NCBI GenBank assembly: GCA_963812135.1
Contig: CAWETU010000001.1
Location: 1,248,001 to 1,312,000 of the forward strand
From: Vulcanimicrobiota bacterium
Lineage (GTDB): Bacteria; Vulcanimicrobiota; Vulcanimicrobiia; Eremiobacterales; Eremiobacteraceae
DNA length: 64,000 nt
Direction of reading: 5' to 3'
Shown here piece by piece: positions 10,883 through 20,635 of the stretch (positions within the stretch are counted from its first letter, which is position 1; the number at the start of each line of letters is the position of its first letter). Both the position numbers and the translations under genes were made by a program. The notes under the pieces are model-generated. The model searched no databases. It was not told the origin of the DNA and saw only the letters and a program-made list of their open reading frames with translations.

Positions 10883-13800
10883 TTAGCGGGGGGAGCCTGT
10901 GCCGGCGGCGCCGTCGCGGTCCTCGTCGTCCACGGCGCGCAAGGCAGCCGCGACGCGCGCGCTGCGGGCCTTGATCTCCTTGGGGCTGATCCATAGGTAC
11001 GCGACAGGGATAAGCACGAGCGTCAGCAGCAGCGAGCTGATCAGGCCGCCGATGACCACGACGCCGAGCGAACTGCGCGACGCCACCGCGTGATCCAAGC
11101 CGAGCGCCAGCGGCAACATGCCGAAGATCATGGCGACGGTGGTCATGACGATCGGGCGGAAGCGCAACCGCGCGCTCTCGCGGATGGCGCTGAGGCGGTC
11201 CATGCCGCGCATGCGCAGCTGGTTGGCGAAGTCCACGAGCAAGATGCCGTTCTTGCTCACCAGGCCGATGAGGAGCACGCCGCCGATAAAGGAGAAGGCA
11301 TTGAGCGTCTCATGCGTCAGCGCCAGCGCACCGATCGCGCCGACGACCGCAAGCGGCACGGACACCATGATGATCAGCGGCGTGATGTAGCTGTTGTACA
11401 GCGCGACCATCAGCAAGAACACGAGCACGACGCCGAGCACAAGGGCGAGCACCATGCCGTTGATCGTGTCGCTTAAGTTTTGCTGATTGCCGGCGCTGCT
11501 CGGAGCCACGTGCACGCTGAGCGGCAGGCTCAGATCGGCAAGCCGCCTGCTGAACGCGGTGTCGACGTTCGACAGCGCGGTGCCCGGCGCGACGTTGGCG
11601 CTCACATGCACGACCGTCTGGCGATCGACTCGATCGATGCTGCGCGGGCCGTTGTTCGCGCTCAAGCGCACGAAGTCGCCGACGCGCACGACCTCGCCGG
11701 TGTTCGAACGGATCGGCAATTCAAGCAGCTGCTGCTTGTCACGCTGATATGCGCTTGGATAGATGACCTCGACGTCCTTGAGTCCGTCCGCGCCTTCGAA
11801 CTGTGTGGCGCGCACGCCCTCGAACGCGGCGCGAATGGCAGCTGCAGCCGCGACGAGACTGACGTTGTGTCCGCGCGCCAGCGCGCGATCGAACGTCACG
11901 TCGAGCTGCGGCGCGAGGCTGCTGGCCGAGCTGTAGACGTTGACTGCGCCCGGCGTGTCGCGCAACAGCTGATAGACGCGCTGCGCGTACTTGGAGGGAT
12001 CGCCGCTTGCGTCGGTGACCAGGTAATCGAGCGGCTGCGCATTGCCTTCGCGTGTGTTGGTCACGGGGATGACGACTGGCGATGCGGCGGGCGCGACGCG
12101 CTGGGCGATCTCGCGCAGGCGGCTGACCCAATACTCGGTGGGGTGGCGCCGCCTGTCTTTGAGATGGATGTCCACCATGCCGACCGCGCCATCGACGAGG
12201 TAGCCGCCGACCGGTGACTCCGCGACGCCGGCAAGGGTCGACTCCGAGCGCACGTCGTCGATCGCGTCGACCTCGCGCTCGATGGCGAGCGCCGCCGCGC
12301 GCGTGGTCTGCAGCGGCGTGCCGCTCGGGAAGCTCAGCTGGATGAAGATCTCGCCGTTGTCTTGCGCCGGGTCGAAATCGAACCCGACGACGCCGAACGG
12401 CAGGAGCGCGATCGCCGCGAGAAATGAGACGACAGCGATGACGGCGACCGTCGAGCCGTGTTGCAGGCCCCACGGCAAGAGGCGCTCGGCGTACCATGTC
12501 CGCAGCCGCTCGAACGCTTGCGCGAACGGCTGCGTGAAGGCGATGAAGCGACCTTTGGAGAGCAGCGCCCAATTGCCAGCCAGCGCCGGCGTCACGGTGA
12601 ACGAGACGACCAGCGAAGCCAGCGTTGCGACGACGACGACCAGTGCGAATTCGGATAAGAACCGTCCGACGATGCCCGGCAAGAACGCGATAGGCAGGAA
12701 GACGACGACGTCGACGAGCGTGATGACGATGGCGGCCAGGCTGATCTCGAGCCGGCCGTTGATCGCCGCCAACAGCGGCGACTCGCCCATCTCGTAATGG
12801 CGCTGGATGTTCTCCAATACGACGATCGAGTCGTCCACGAGGATGCCGGTGATGAGCGTCATGGCGAGCAGCGACACCGTGTCGAGCGTGAAGTGGCCGA
12901 GCTGCATGACCATGAGCGTTGCGAACAGCGAGGTCGGGATCGCGATGAGCACGGCTGTGGCGTTGCGCCACGAGCGTAAGAAGAAGATCATGACGATCGC
13001 GACGAGGATGATCCCCTCGAGCAGCGTGCGCAACACGCCCTGCACCTGACGGCCCGTCTGATTCGATTGATCGTTGATGACGGTGAACACGACATCGGGG
13101 AACTGCCGCGCCAAGGCGGGCAATGACGCGATAACCCCTCGCGCCGCGTCGATCTCGCTCGCGTCGGTCGCCTTTTTGATGTTGAGCAGCAAGGTGGGCT
13201 TGCCGTTGACGTACGCGTAGATGCGCTGCGGCTCGTTTGCGTCGGTCACTTTGGTGACGTCGCCGACGGTGTAGAACTTCGGCGACGGCGTGTTCGGGTT
13301 GAGCAGCGCTCGGAACGCGCTGTCGGACAGCGGGGCGCTGCCGATCGGCAGCGATTTGACCGAATCGACGCCCGTGATGTCGCCGCGGATGTTGATGCCG
13401 GTCTCATACCGGTCGCCGAAGAGGATGCCACCGGGTGCGCGCACGTTGTTGCCTTGCACCGCGCCGACGACATCGTTGATCGCCAAGCCGGCCTGCTGCA
13501 ATTTCTTTGGATCGATTTCGACTTGGATCGACGGCGTGACGATGCCATACGAGCGCACCATGCCGACGCCGTTGACCTGCTCGATCGCCGGTATGATCTT
13601 GGCGTTGATCAGAGAGGACAGTGCGCCGGGCGAGAGCGTGTCGGAGGCCACTGAGAGCGAAACGATGTCGGATTCGCCCGGATCGAACGTCTCGATGACC
13701 GGTGCGACGAGGTCAGGCGGCAGCTGCGATTGGGCGGCCTGCAAGCGGCGCTGCACTTCGACCAGCGCGTCGGTCTTCTTCGAGTGCAGGCTGAACTGGG

Positions 13801-14074
13801 CTTGGACGGTCGCAAAGCCTTGCTGGATGCGCGACTGGATGTGCTCGAGTCCGGGCGCGCCCGCCATCGAATCCTCGATGGGGCGCACGATGCCGTCCTG
13901 CATCTCCGCGGGCGATGCGCCCGGGTAGAAGAGGATGACGACGATGTTCGGCACGTCGACGTTGGGGAGATCCTGCGTCCGCAGGCTCGTCGCCGCAAGA
14001 AAGCCGCCGATCGTGATGAGCGCGACCAGGACGGCCGCCAGCGTGGGCCGGGAGACGAAAAGCTTGGTAATCAC
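10883..14074 (-). CDS. RND efflux permease (AcrB/AcrD/AcrF family)
   Basis: 1063 aa; ILVDDSIVV, SKNGILLVDF, RFRPIVMTT motifs. Confidence 0.93.
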   Translation of the reverse strand: MITKLFVSRPTLAAVLVALITIGGFLAATSLRTQDLPNVDVPNIVVILFYPGASPAEMQDGIVRPIEDSMAGAPGLEHIQSRIQQGFATVQAQFSLHSKKTDALVEVQRRLQAAQSQLPPDLVAPVIETFDPGESDIVSLSVASDTLSPGALSSLINAKIIPAIEQVNGVGMVRSYGIVTPSIQVEIDPKKLQQAGLAINDVVGAVQGNNVRAPGGILFGDRYETGINIRGDITGVDSVKSLPIGSAPLSDSAFRALLNPNTPSPKFYTVGDVTKVTDANEPQRIYAYVNGKPTLLLNIKKATDASEIDAARGVIASLPALARQFPDVVFTVINDQSNQTGRQVQGVLRTLLEGIILVAIVMIFFLRSWRNATAVLIAIPTSLFATLMVMQLGHFTLDTVSLLAMTLITGILVDDSIVVLENIQRHYEMGESPLLAAINGRLEISLAAIVITLVDVVVFLPIAFLPGIVGRFLSEFALVVVVATLASLVVSFTVTPALAGNWALLSKGRFIAFTQPFAQAFERLRTWYAERLLPWGLQHGSTVAVIAVVSFLAAIALLPFGVVGFDFDPAQDNGEIFIQLSFPSGTPLQTTRAAALAIEREVDAIDDVRSESTLAGVAESPVGGYLVDGAVGMVDIHLKDRRRHPTEYWVSRLREIAQRVAPAASPVVIPVTNTREGNAQPLDYLVTDASGDPSKYAQRVYQLLRDTPGAVNVYSSASSLAPQLDVTFDRALARGHNVSLVAAAAAIRAAFEGVRATQFEGADGLKDVEVIYPSAYQRDKQQLLELPIRSNTGEVVRVGDFVRLSANNGPRSIDRVDRQTVVHVSANVAPGTALSNVDTAFSRRLADLSLPLSVHVAPSSAGNQQNLSDTINGMVLALVLGVVLVFLLMVALYNSYITPLIIMVSVPLAVVGAIGALALTHETLNAFSFIGGVLLIGLVSKNGILLVDFANQLRMRGMDRLSAIRESARLRFRPIVMTTVAMIFGMLPLALGLDHAVASRSSLGVVVIGGLISSLLLTLVLIPVAYLWISPKEIKARSARVAAALRAVDDEDRDGAAGTGSPR

Positions 14075-14142
14075 TCTCTGTTACTTATTTCGGCAGGTGC
14101 GCCGAGGAACCCCCACGTCGGTGCCACGAAACCCGCAGCTTC

Positions 14143-15126
14143 ATGCGTGCGATGCAGCTCGACCAAGCGCGCCGGCCGCTCCGCGCGGCGCAACTCTCGG
14201 ATCCGTCGCCGGGTCCGGGCCAGCTCCGCGTTCGCGTCGGCGCGTGTGGCGTGTGCCGGACCGACTTGCACATCATCGACGGCGACTTGGACAAGCCGAA
14301 ACTGCCGCTCGTCTTGGGGCACGAGATCGTCGGGGTGGTGGATGCATGCGGCGAAGGCACACAGCGGTTCTCGCCTGGTGACCGCGTCGGCGTAGCTTGG
14401 CTGGGATGGACGGACGATGTGTGCCGGTACTGCCGCGCAGGTCGCGAGAATCTATGCGATCACGCTCGGTTCACCGGCTACGACATCGACGGCGGCTACG
14501 CGGAGCTGACTGTCGCGAACGAAGCGTATTGTTTCGCGCTATCCGCGTCGTATTCAGATGCCGAAGCCGCGCCGCTGATGTGCGCCGGACTCATCGGTTA
14601 CCGGTCGTTATCCATGGCGGGCGATGCGCAGCGGATCGGCATCTATGGGTTCGGCGCCGCGGCGCATATCATCGCGCAAGTCGCCATCCATCGCGGCCAG
14701 CGCGTCTTCGCATTCACAAGACCAGGCGATCTCGCGACGCAAACATTCGCTCGCGAGCTCGGCGCGGTGTGGACGGGCGGGTCCGACGAGCGTCCGCCCG
14801 AAGAGCTGGACGCTGCGATCATCTTCGCGCCCGCGGGTGAGCTCGTGCCGGCGGCGCTACGCACGCTCGCCAAAGGCGGCATCGTGGTCTGCGCCGGCAT
14901 TCACATGAGCGACATCCCATCGTTTCCGTACGACCTGCTATGGGGCGAGCGGCAAGTGCGCTCGGTCGCCAACCTCACGCGCCGCGACGGCGAAGAATTT
15001 TTGGCGCTCGCGCCCACGGTGCCGGTGCGCACTCTAGTGACGCCCTATCCACTCGAGCGCGCGAACGAAGCGCTCGCTGATTTTCGAGCGGGCAAGCTCC
15101 ACGGCGCCGCCGTTCTCGTGATGTAG
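14143..15126 (+). CDS. Zinc-dependent alcohol dehydrogenase
   Basis: CGVCRTDLH, GHEIVG, CRYC...ENLC, GIYGFGAAAH motifs. Confidence 0.93.
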   Translation: MRAMQLDQARRPLRAAQLSDPSPGPGQLRVRVGACGVCRTDLHIIDGDLDKPKLPLVLGHEIVGVVDACGEGTQRFSPGDRVGVAWLGWTDDVCRYCRAGRENLCDHARFTGYDIDGGYAELTVANEAYCFALSASYSDAEAAPLMCAGLIGYRSLSMAGDAQRIGIYGFGAAAHIIAQVAIHRGQRVFAFTRPGDLATQTFARELGAVWTGGSDERPPEELDAAIIFAPAGELVPAALRTLAKGGIVVCAGIHMSDIPSFPYDLLWGERQVRSVANLTRRDGEEFLALAPTVPVRTLVTPYPLERANEALADFRAGKLHGAAVLVM

Positions 15127-15147
15127 CGGCCGGATTTATTTGACCGT
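15123..15147 (+). repeat. GTAG-type REP palindrome, copy 2 (degenerate; supplies the ADH stop codon)
   Basis: GTAGCGGCCGGATTTATTTGACCGT. Confidence 0.65.
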
Positions 15148-16095
15148 TTACTCGGTCCCCAAGCCGCTCGGCATATTCAGATTTGGCCCGGTGACGGTGT
15201 AGCCTGGGGCCACGTTTCCGTTGCTGCCAAGCGGGAAGGCCAACAGATCGTTTGCGCCGGCGTTCGCCACGACGAGGTTGCCTGCCACGATGTCGATGTC
15301 CCCGGGGAGGTTGAACGTCGTGTTCGGACCCGCGATGGTGGCCGACGGTGCCTGGTTTCCGCTCGAGTTCGGCGGATAGACCGTGACGGCGTCAGGCGAA
15401 GTATTCGTGACGTAGATGTTGCCGGTCGAATCCAGAACGATGCCGCTCGGATTGGTCAGTCCTGTCAGTGCGCCGGAGATGGTCGCGAATGGAGCCACGT
15501 CTCCCGAGATCGATGTGAACACATCTGCTGAGCGGTAGATCGTGACGCTATTGCCGGCGTTGTTCACCACATAGATGTTGCCCGAGCTGTCATGGTGGAG
15601 CGCGACCGGATAATTCAACGCGGTCGTGGGCCCGACGATCGAGGCGAGAGGGATCGCATTGCCGGAGGCGTTCGGCGCGAAGACGCGCACGCTGTTGCCG
15701 GCGCTGTTGCCGACGTACACGCGTCCAGAGCTGTCCACATCGATATCGGTCGGATGATCAAGGCCTGTGTTCACGCCGGAGATCGTCGTGATGGGAGCGG
15801 CGTTGCCGTTCGCGTTCGCCGCGTAGACGGTGACCGTATCAGCGTGATTGTTCGCGACGAAGATCGTGCCGTTGCTGAAGCCGACGCCGGTCGGGTAGTT
15901 GAGCCCCGTGTTCGCCCCAGCGATGGTCTGCACGTTGGTCGCGGTTCCGCCCACCACATTGAACACCAGCACGGAGTTGCCGGAGCTGTTCACCACCAGC
16001 AGCACGCGCGACGGGGGGATGGGAACCGATGTGCTGTATTCGGAACATCCGGACAGCAGGCACGCCAACGCGATGACGGCCGCAATGCGCTTCAT
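15148..16095 (-). CDS. NHL-repeat beta-propeller lipoprotein
   Basis: Lipobox LLSGC after MKRIAAV (ATG 16095); repeated P.GI..D..GNIYV.N units. Confidence 0.85.
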   Translation of the reverse strand: MKRIAAVIALACLLSGCSEYSTSVPIPPSRVLLVVNSSGNSVLVFNVVGGTATNVQTIAGANTGLNYPTGVGFSNGTIFVANNHADTVTVYAANANGNAAPITTISGVNTGLDHPTDIDVDSSGRVYVGNSAGNSVRVFAPNASGNAIPLASIVGPTTALNYPVALHHDSSGNIYVVNNAGNSVTIYRSADVFTSISGDVAPFATISGALTGLTNPSGIVLDSTGNIYVTNTSPDAVTVYPPNSSGNQAPSATIAGPNTTFNLPGDIDIVAGNLVVANAGANDLLAFPLGSNGNVAPGYTVTGPNLNMPSGLGTE

Positions 16096-16106
16096 GTCGC
16101 CGGACG

Positions 16107-16847
16107 TTAGGACCTTACGGCGCCGTCTCCTAGGCGAGCGAGCGACGCACGAAGGGCTTTCCGGAAGTTCTGCGCCGATTCGGTCATCGGCCAGTGGCCC
16201 GCCTTGGCGAAGCACACAGTCTCGAGGCCTTGGCTTTCTAGCCAACGGACCGTCGCGGGCGAGAGTCCGTTCGCGGCGCTTCCATAGTAGTAGGTCCTTG
16301 GCACCTTCACGCCCGCGTACATCTTGGCCATGGCGTCGAAGCGCGTGAGCGCCACGATGTCGCGCGCGCAGGCGAGGAACGTCGCCGCGTCGGCTTCATC
16401 GACGCTCTTGGCATAGTGGGCAGGCGCGCCGCTCTCGGGAGACTGCATAGCGCGGCGGAATCGACGGAACCAGCGCGCGAAGTTAGTGGCACGACTCGCT
16501 TGCAGGCTGGTATCTCCGTCGATCGACGTGAGCGGTCCTTCGATGTTCACGAAGCCCGCCACAATCGATGGATGCTGCGCGGCGACCAACGTGCTGATCA
16601 TTCCGCCCATCGAGTGGCCGACGAGCAGCACGCGCCGGCCGCGCGACCGGCTCACGATCTGCGCCGCAAGCCAATCGGCCATCCCGTGAATACCGCGACG
16701 GCCTCTCGCAAGCGGCGCCGTTCCGCCAAGGCCCGGCAGCGTCGGAGCGATCAACCGGTATCGCTTGAATGCCGCATCCGCTCGGACGCCGCGCCAGACG
16801 CGCGGCGCATCGCCAAGGCCGTGGATCAGCCAGACGTCGGCCTTCAT
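16107..16847 (-). CDS. Alpha/beta hydrolase
   Basis: LIHGLG, GHSMGG, AGHWPM motifs. Confidence 0.88.
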   Translation of the reverse strand: MKADVWLIHGLGDAPRVWRGVRADAAFKRYRLIAPTLPGLGGTAPLARGRRGIHGMADWLAAQIVSRSRGRRVLLVGHSMGGMISTLVAAQHPSIVAGFVNIEGPLTSIDGDTSLQASRATNFARWFRRFRRAMQSPESGAPAHYAKSVDEADAATFLACARDIVALTRFDAMAKMYAGVKVPRTYYYGSAANGLSPATVRWLESQGLETVCFAKAGHWPMTESAQNFRKALRASLARLGDGAVRS

Positions 16848-16911
16848 TAGATACCTCCAAATGGGGCGGCCAAGGTTAGTGCGACATCCGCCAGAACCCT
16901 AGCGCACGCAC

Positions 16912-17742
16912 ATGCCTCCGGAGCCGAAGCCCGCATTTATCAGCGAGCGAATCACGCCCGAGCCAGGTTCGTCAGACGTGGGCGCCATGTCCCGTGGTGA
17001 GCCCGGCGTGCCGAAAGCTTTCGTGTGGCGCGGCGAGCGCTTCGAGACGGGTCGCTTGCTCTCAACGCGCCGCGACATGGGAACGGATCGCGGCGACGCC
17101 TACGTCCGGAGGCATTACTACGAAGTCGAGACGATGGATCAGCTGCGTATGGTGATCTACTTCGAACGCAATCCTTCGGATCGGTCCAAACGCAAAGCGT
17201 GGTGGCTGTACACGCTTGCGTTTCCCGAACCGGTCATCGTGACGGCGCGGCTCACATTGCGGCGCTGGACCTATGCGGACCGCGATGCCTTCCGAGCAAT
17301 GGTGGCTGATCCGGACACGATGATCCATCTCCACGACAGCGTGCCGCTCACAAGCGCGCAAGCCGATGACGCGTTGCGCGACACGATCGAACATTACGCC
17401 GCTGGCTATGGGGACTGGGCGATCGTGGCGCGTGACGGCAGCGCCATCATAGGCGAAAGCGGCTTGACCAAGCTGCGCGAGAAAGGCGAAGTCGAGCTCG
17501 GCTACATGCTGCGCCGGCCATACTGGGGACGCGGCTACGCATTCGAGGCTGCGGCGGCGGTCAAAGCGTACGCGTTCGACGAGCTGCGGCTCGAACGACT
17601 CGTCGCGTTGAGCCGCCCCGAAAACGCCGCTTCGATCAGGATCTTAAACAAGCTGGGTATGAAGCCGCTCGGCCACGCGATGCACCGCGGCCACGACATG
17701 GTCAAATATGAGGCGTGTTCGCCACACGCGCTTCCCGCATAA
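16912..17742 (+). CDS. Fusion of a DUF6504-like N-terminal domain and a RimJ/RimL-type GNAT acetyltransferase
   Basis: N-term GEPGVPKAFVWRG...YVRRHYYEV; C-term TARLTLRRW, ELGYMLRRPYWGRGYAFEAA, NAASIRILNKLGM. Confidence 0.75.
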   Translation: MPPEPKPAFISERITPEPGSSDVGAMSRGEPGVPKAFVWRGERFETGRLLSTRRDMGTDRGDAYVRRHYYEVETMDQLRMVIYFERNPSDRSKRKAWWLYTLAFPEPVIVTARLTLRRWTYADRDAFRAMVADPDTMIHLHDSVPLTSAQADDALRDTIEHYAAGYGDWAIVARDGSAIIGESGLTKLREKGEVELGYMLRRPYWGRGYAFEAAAAVKAYAFDELRLERLVALSRPENAASIRILNKLGMKPLGHAMHRGHDMVKYEACSPHALPA

Positions 17743-17744
17743 GC

Positions 17745-18365
17745 ATGGCACTGCTGCTCGTGGCCGTCGCGCTCATCGGCATCTTGCACACGCTGGCGCC
17801 TGACCATTGGGCGCCGATCGCGGTGCTCGCGCGCCAACAGCGATGGACGCGCCGGCAAACCGTGTGGACGGCTGCAGGCGCAGGGTTAGGTCACACGCTC
17901 TCGACGCTGCTCATCGGCGCGATCGCGTGGTTCGTCGGCATCGCCGTCGCCCAGCGCTACGGCCATTACGTCAACATCGCATCGGGCGTCGCTTTGATCG
18001 CATTCGGGTTATGGATCGCGCTCAGCGCACTGCGCGAAGCGCGCGAGCCGGAGGCGGAGCTCGAGTCGGAGGTGGCAGCCGAAGCGAAGAAGATCGCGAC
18101 GCGCACTTCGATCATGCTCGTCGTCGGATCGTCGCCAAGCGTGGAAGCCCTGCCGACTTTCTTCGCTGCGGCGAAATACGGCGTCTCTGCGGAACTTGCG
18201 CTTGCAGTCGTATTCGCGGCGACCACGATCGGCACGTACGTCGTGACGTGTGTGTTGTCGGCGGCGGGCCTCGAGCGCCTGCGGATCGGGCCGCTGGAAC
18301 GTTACGGCGAAGTGATCAGCGGCACGGTGGTGGCGCTCGTCGGCGCGGTATTCCTTTTCCTCTAG
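17745..18365 (+). CDS. Membrane protein, RcnA/HoxN-like Ni/Co transporter family
   Basis: LHTLAPDHW motif, GLGHTLST, six TM helices. Confidence 0.65.
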   Translation: MALLLVAVALIGILHTLAPDHWAPIAVLARQQRWTRRQTVWTAAGAGLGHTLSTLLIGAIAWFVGIAVAQRYGHYVNIASGVALIAFGLWIALSALREAREPEAELESEVAAEAKKIATRTSIMLVVGSSPSVEALPTFFAAAKYGVSAELALAVVFAATTIGTYVVTCVLSAAGLERLRIGPLERYGEVISGTVVALVGAVFLFL

Positions 18366-18391
18366 GACGGTCGAATAAATTCGACCGCTAC
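18366..18391 (-). repeat. GTAG-type REP palindrome, copy 3 (supplies stop codon of 18388-18957)
   Basis: Reverse strand GTAGCGGTCGAATTTATTCGACCGTC. Confidence 0.8.
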
Positions 18392-18957
18392 GGTTTCTTC
18401 GTGCAAACGGCGTCCACGGCGACCATGCGACCCGATTTTTCTTTGAACCCGGTGTGAGACGTCTGTTTCGCGTCGCTGGCTTTGGTCACAGTGAATGGTG
18501 AGTTCGCGACGATGTTTGGACCGGGAGTGAACAGCGGGTCTTTCCAGACCATCGTGTTGCCGCTCCACCCGGGCGAGAATGTGGTGCCATAGCCGCCTTG
18601 GTCGTCGGTATAGACGTCGACCCAGCGATGTTGGTCTGGGTCGTAGGTTATTTGGTCGACGGAATTGATGGCGGCCGCCCACGAGAGCTTGGGCGTGGTG
18701 CTCTTCTGGATCATCCAGTAGCCGGTCGGATCCATGGTCGTGACGATTGTCGTGGGGAACGGGCCAGGCCGTCGAGAGCTTTGCGTGCTGCACTCCCATG
18801 TTCCGACCAAGAACTTCATGGACGACCAGTCAGGTTTTTGCGTCAAGGGAATGGGCGTGGTTTCCGCGCCCGGTGTCGCGGCTGCGAAGCAGCTCGCGCC
18901 GAGCGCAAGTGATGCGACGAGAAGGCCAAGGAAGAACCGAACGGGTCCGATGCGCAC
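18388..18957 (-). CDS. Secreted hypothetical protein (MKFLVGTWEC motif)
   Basis: GAAGGAGG RBS before GTG 18957, signal peptide; paralog of 4121-4663. Confidence 0.75.
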   Translation of the reverse strand: MRIGPVRFFLGLLVASLALGASCFAAATPGAETTPIPLTQKPDWSSMKFLVGTWECSTQSSRRPGPFPTTIVTTMDPTGYWMIQKSTTPKLSWAAAINSVDQITYDPDQHRWVDVYTDDQGGYGTTFSPGWSGNTMVWKDPLFTPGPNIVANSPFTVTKASDAKQTSHTGFKEKSGRMVAVDAVCTKKP

Positions 18958-18970
18958 AGACGCCTCCTTC

Positions 18971-18996
18971 GACGGTCGAATAAATTCGACCGCTAC
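18971..18996 (-). repeat. GTAG-type REP palindrome, copy 4
   Basis: Identical 26-mer to copy 3. Confidence 0.8.
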
Positions 18997-19098
18997 GATG
19001 TAGCAGACCGTTACGATGGCGGACCGAGGTTCCGAGGCGCTCACACTATCTCCTTCGGAACGGGTGAACCGCGTCGCCGACGCGAAGCCCGCACTCGG

Positions 19099-20574
19099 AT
19101 GAAGAGCGCCGTTATCATAATCCATGGCATCGGTCCGCTTGACCGTTACCAGATCCAGGATCAATTCGCCGCAGAACTGCGCGACGCGCTCAACACCGAA
19201 ACGGACGATGAGCGGCGTGAGCGCTTTGGCGGAGAAGCGCCACCGCGCCAGGGCCAATGGCACGCCGACGTCATCTGGCCGCCGGTGCAGCGCAACGAGC
19301 AGCTCGAAGGCGTGCGCCCGAGCGCCGTGCGCGTGCATTGCGACATCAACGGCGTCGACGTGCTCCAAGAGCCGTCGGTCGACGTCTTCGAAGGCTACTG
19401 GAGTCCCGTCGACAAACGCCAGACGAACGCGTTCAGCGTCCTCTCCTGGTTGTTGCGTTCCATCTTCTCACCGATCGCCGACACTCGGATCGCGGCGCCC
19501 GGCAGCAAAACGACGTACGACATCGCCGTCATCGTGGCCGTCGCGCTGCTGGTCCCGGTGCTCACGGTCCTTTCGCTGACCAGTGGCTACCGCGCATATA
19601 TCGGATTACCCACCAGCGGGCCGGTGCCCGCATGGGTCGCGCTGCTCGTCGGGTTGGCAGGCGGTTATCTCGTCGCGCAAGGTCTCTCGCGGTTGGTGCC
19701 GCTACTCTTCGTGGCGCGCGCGGGCCGAAGCGTGAGGCGTCCGATCTTTCTCGTCATCCTCGGTCTCATCATCGTCGCGGTCACCTCGTACTTCGCCGGA
19801 GGAGAATACTTCGACATGTTCGGCAGGCTCGGGTGGCTGCTCGTGACCACCACTTCCGCGCGCTTGTTGCTCAGCCTCATGATCGATTTCTTAGTCGATC
19901 GAGTGGGCGACATCCAGATCTACGCGACGCACAACGAGAACGAGCGCTACTATCTGCTACGCGAGAAGATCCTCCAAGTCGTCGGCGACACGGCGCTGTC
20001 GGTCCTGCGCACGAAAGACGGCTTGCTCGCCAAACCGCTCTACGACCGCGTGTACTTGGTGGGGCACAGCCTCGGCTCGAGCATCTTGATGGATGTCATC
20101 ATCGAGCTGCACCGGCTGTTGATGGAAGGCGGCTTGGACGAGTCTTCGTGGAATCGGCTGCGCTGCTTCGTCAGTTACGGCAGCTCGCTCGAGAAGACGC
20201 ATTATCTATTGGGCTGCGCCCGCCCGGTCGCGCCGCAACAGGTCAGCGAGTTCAAAGCCGATCTGTATTCCCGTTTGTTCAGCGCGGACCCGGCGGCGCT
20301 TCGGCCGGCGCAGGCCGCGACGCGCCCGCCGATGTTCTGGATCAACTATTGGTATTTCTCCGACGTCGTCGCGAATGCGATCGCGTCGTACGGGCGCGCT
20401 CGAAGCGTTGGCGATCCGTCGCCGGAGCCAGGCGTACATTATACGAGCCTTAACGCGCGGTTGCCATCGCCGCCCGGCGTCATCTGGTCGCATGACCATT
20501 ATCTGAACGACCGCCGCCTGTGGCACTCGCAAGAGGGGCGGCGTGGGCTCGCGACAATCGTCGCTTCAGCCTAA
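19099..20574 (+). CDS. Membrane-inserted alpha/beta-hydrolase-like hypothetical protein
   Basis: IIIHGIG, VGHSLGS, WSHDHY motifs around four TM helices. Confidence 0.7.
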   Translation: MKSAVIIIHGIGPLDRYQIQDQFAAELRDALNTETDDERRERFGGEAPPRQGQWHADVIWPPVQRNEQLEGVRPSAVRVHCDINGVDVLQEPSVDVFEGYWSPVDKRQTNAFSVLSWLLRSIFSPIADTRIAAPGSKTTYDIAVIVAVALLVPVLTVLSLTSGYRAYIGLPTSGPVPAWVALLVGLAGGYLVAQGLSRLVPLLFVARAGRSVRRPIFLVILGLIIVAVTSYFAGGEYFDMFGRLGWLLVTTTSARLLLSLMIDFLVDRVGDIQIYATHNENERYYLLREKILQVVGDTALSVLRTKDGLLAKPLYDRVYLVGHSLGSSILMDVIIELHRLLMEGGLDESSWNRLRCFVSYGSSLEKTHYLLGCARPVAPQQVSEFKADLYSRLFSADPAALRPAQAATRPPMFWINYWYFSDVVANAIASYGRARSVGDPSPEPGVHYTSLNARLPSPPGVIWSHDHYLNDRRLWHSQEGRRGLATIVASA

Positions 20575-20635
20575 GCAGTCCGACCCCAGGGCTTTGTGTT
20601 GAAACACCGAACCCGCATACGCGAGTAATGCTGTC

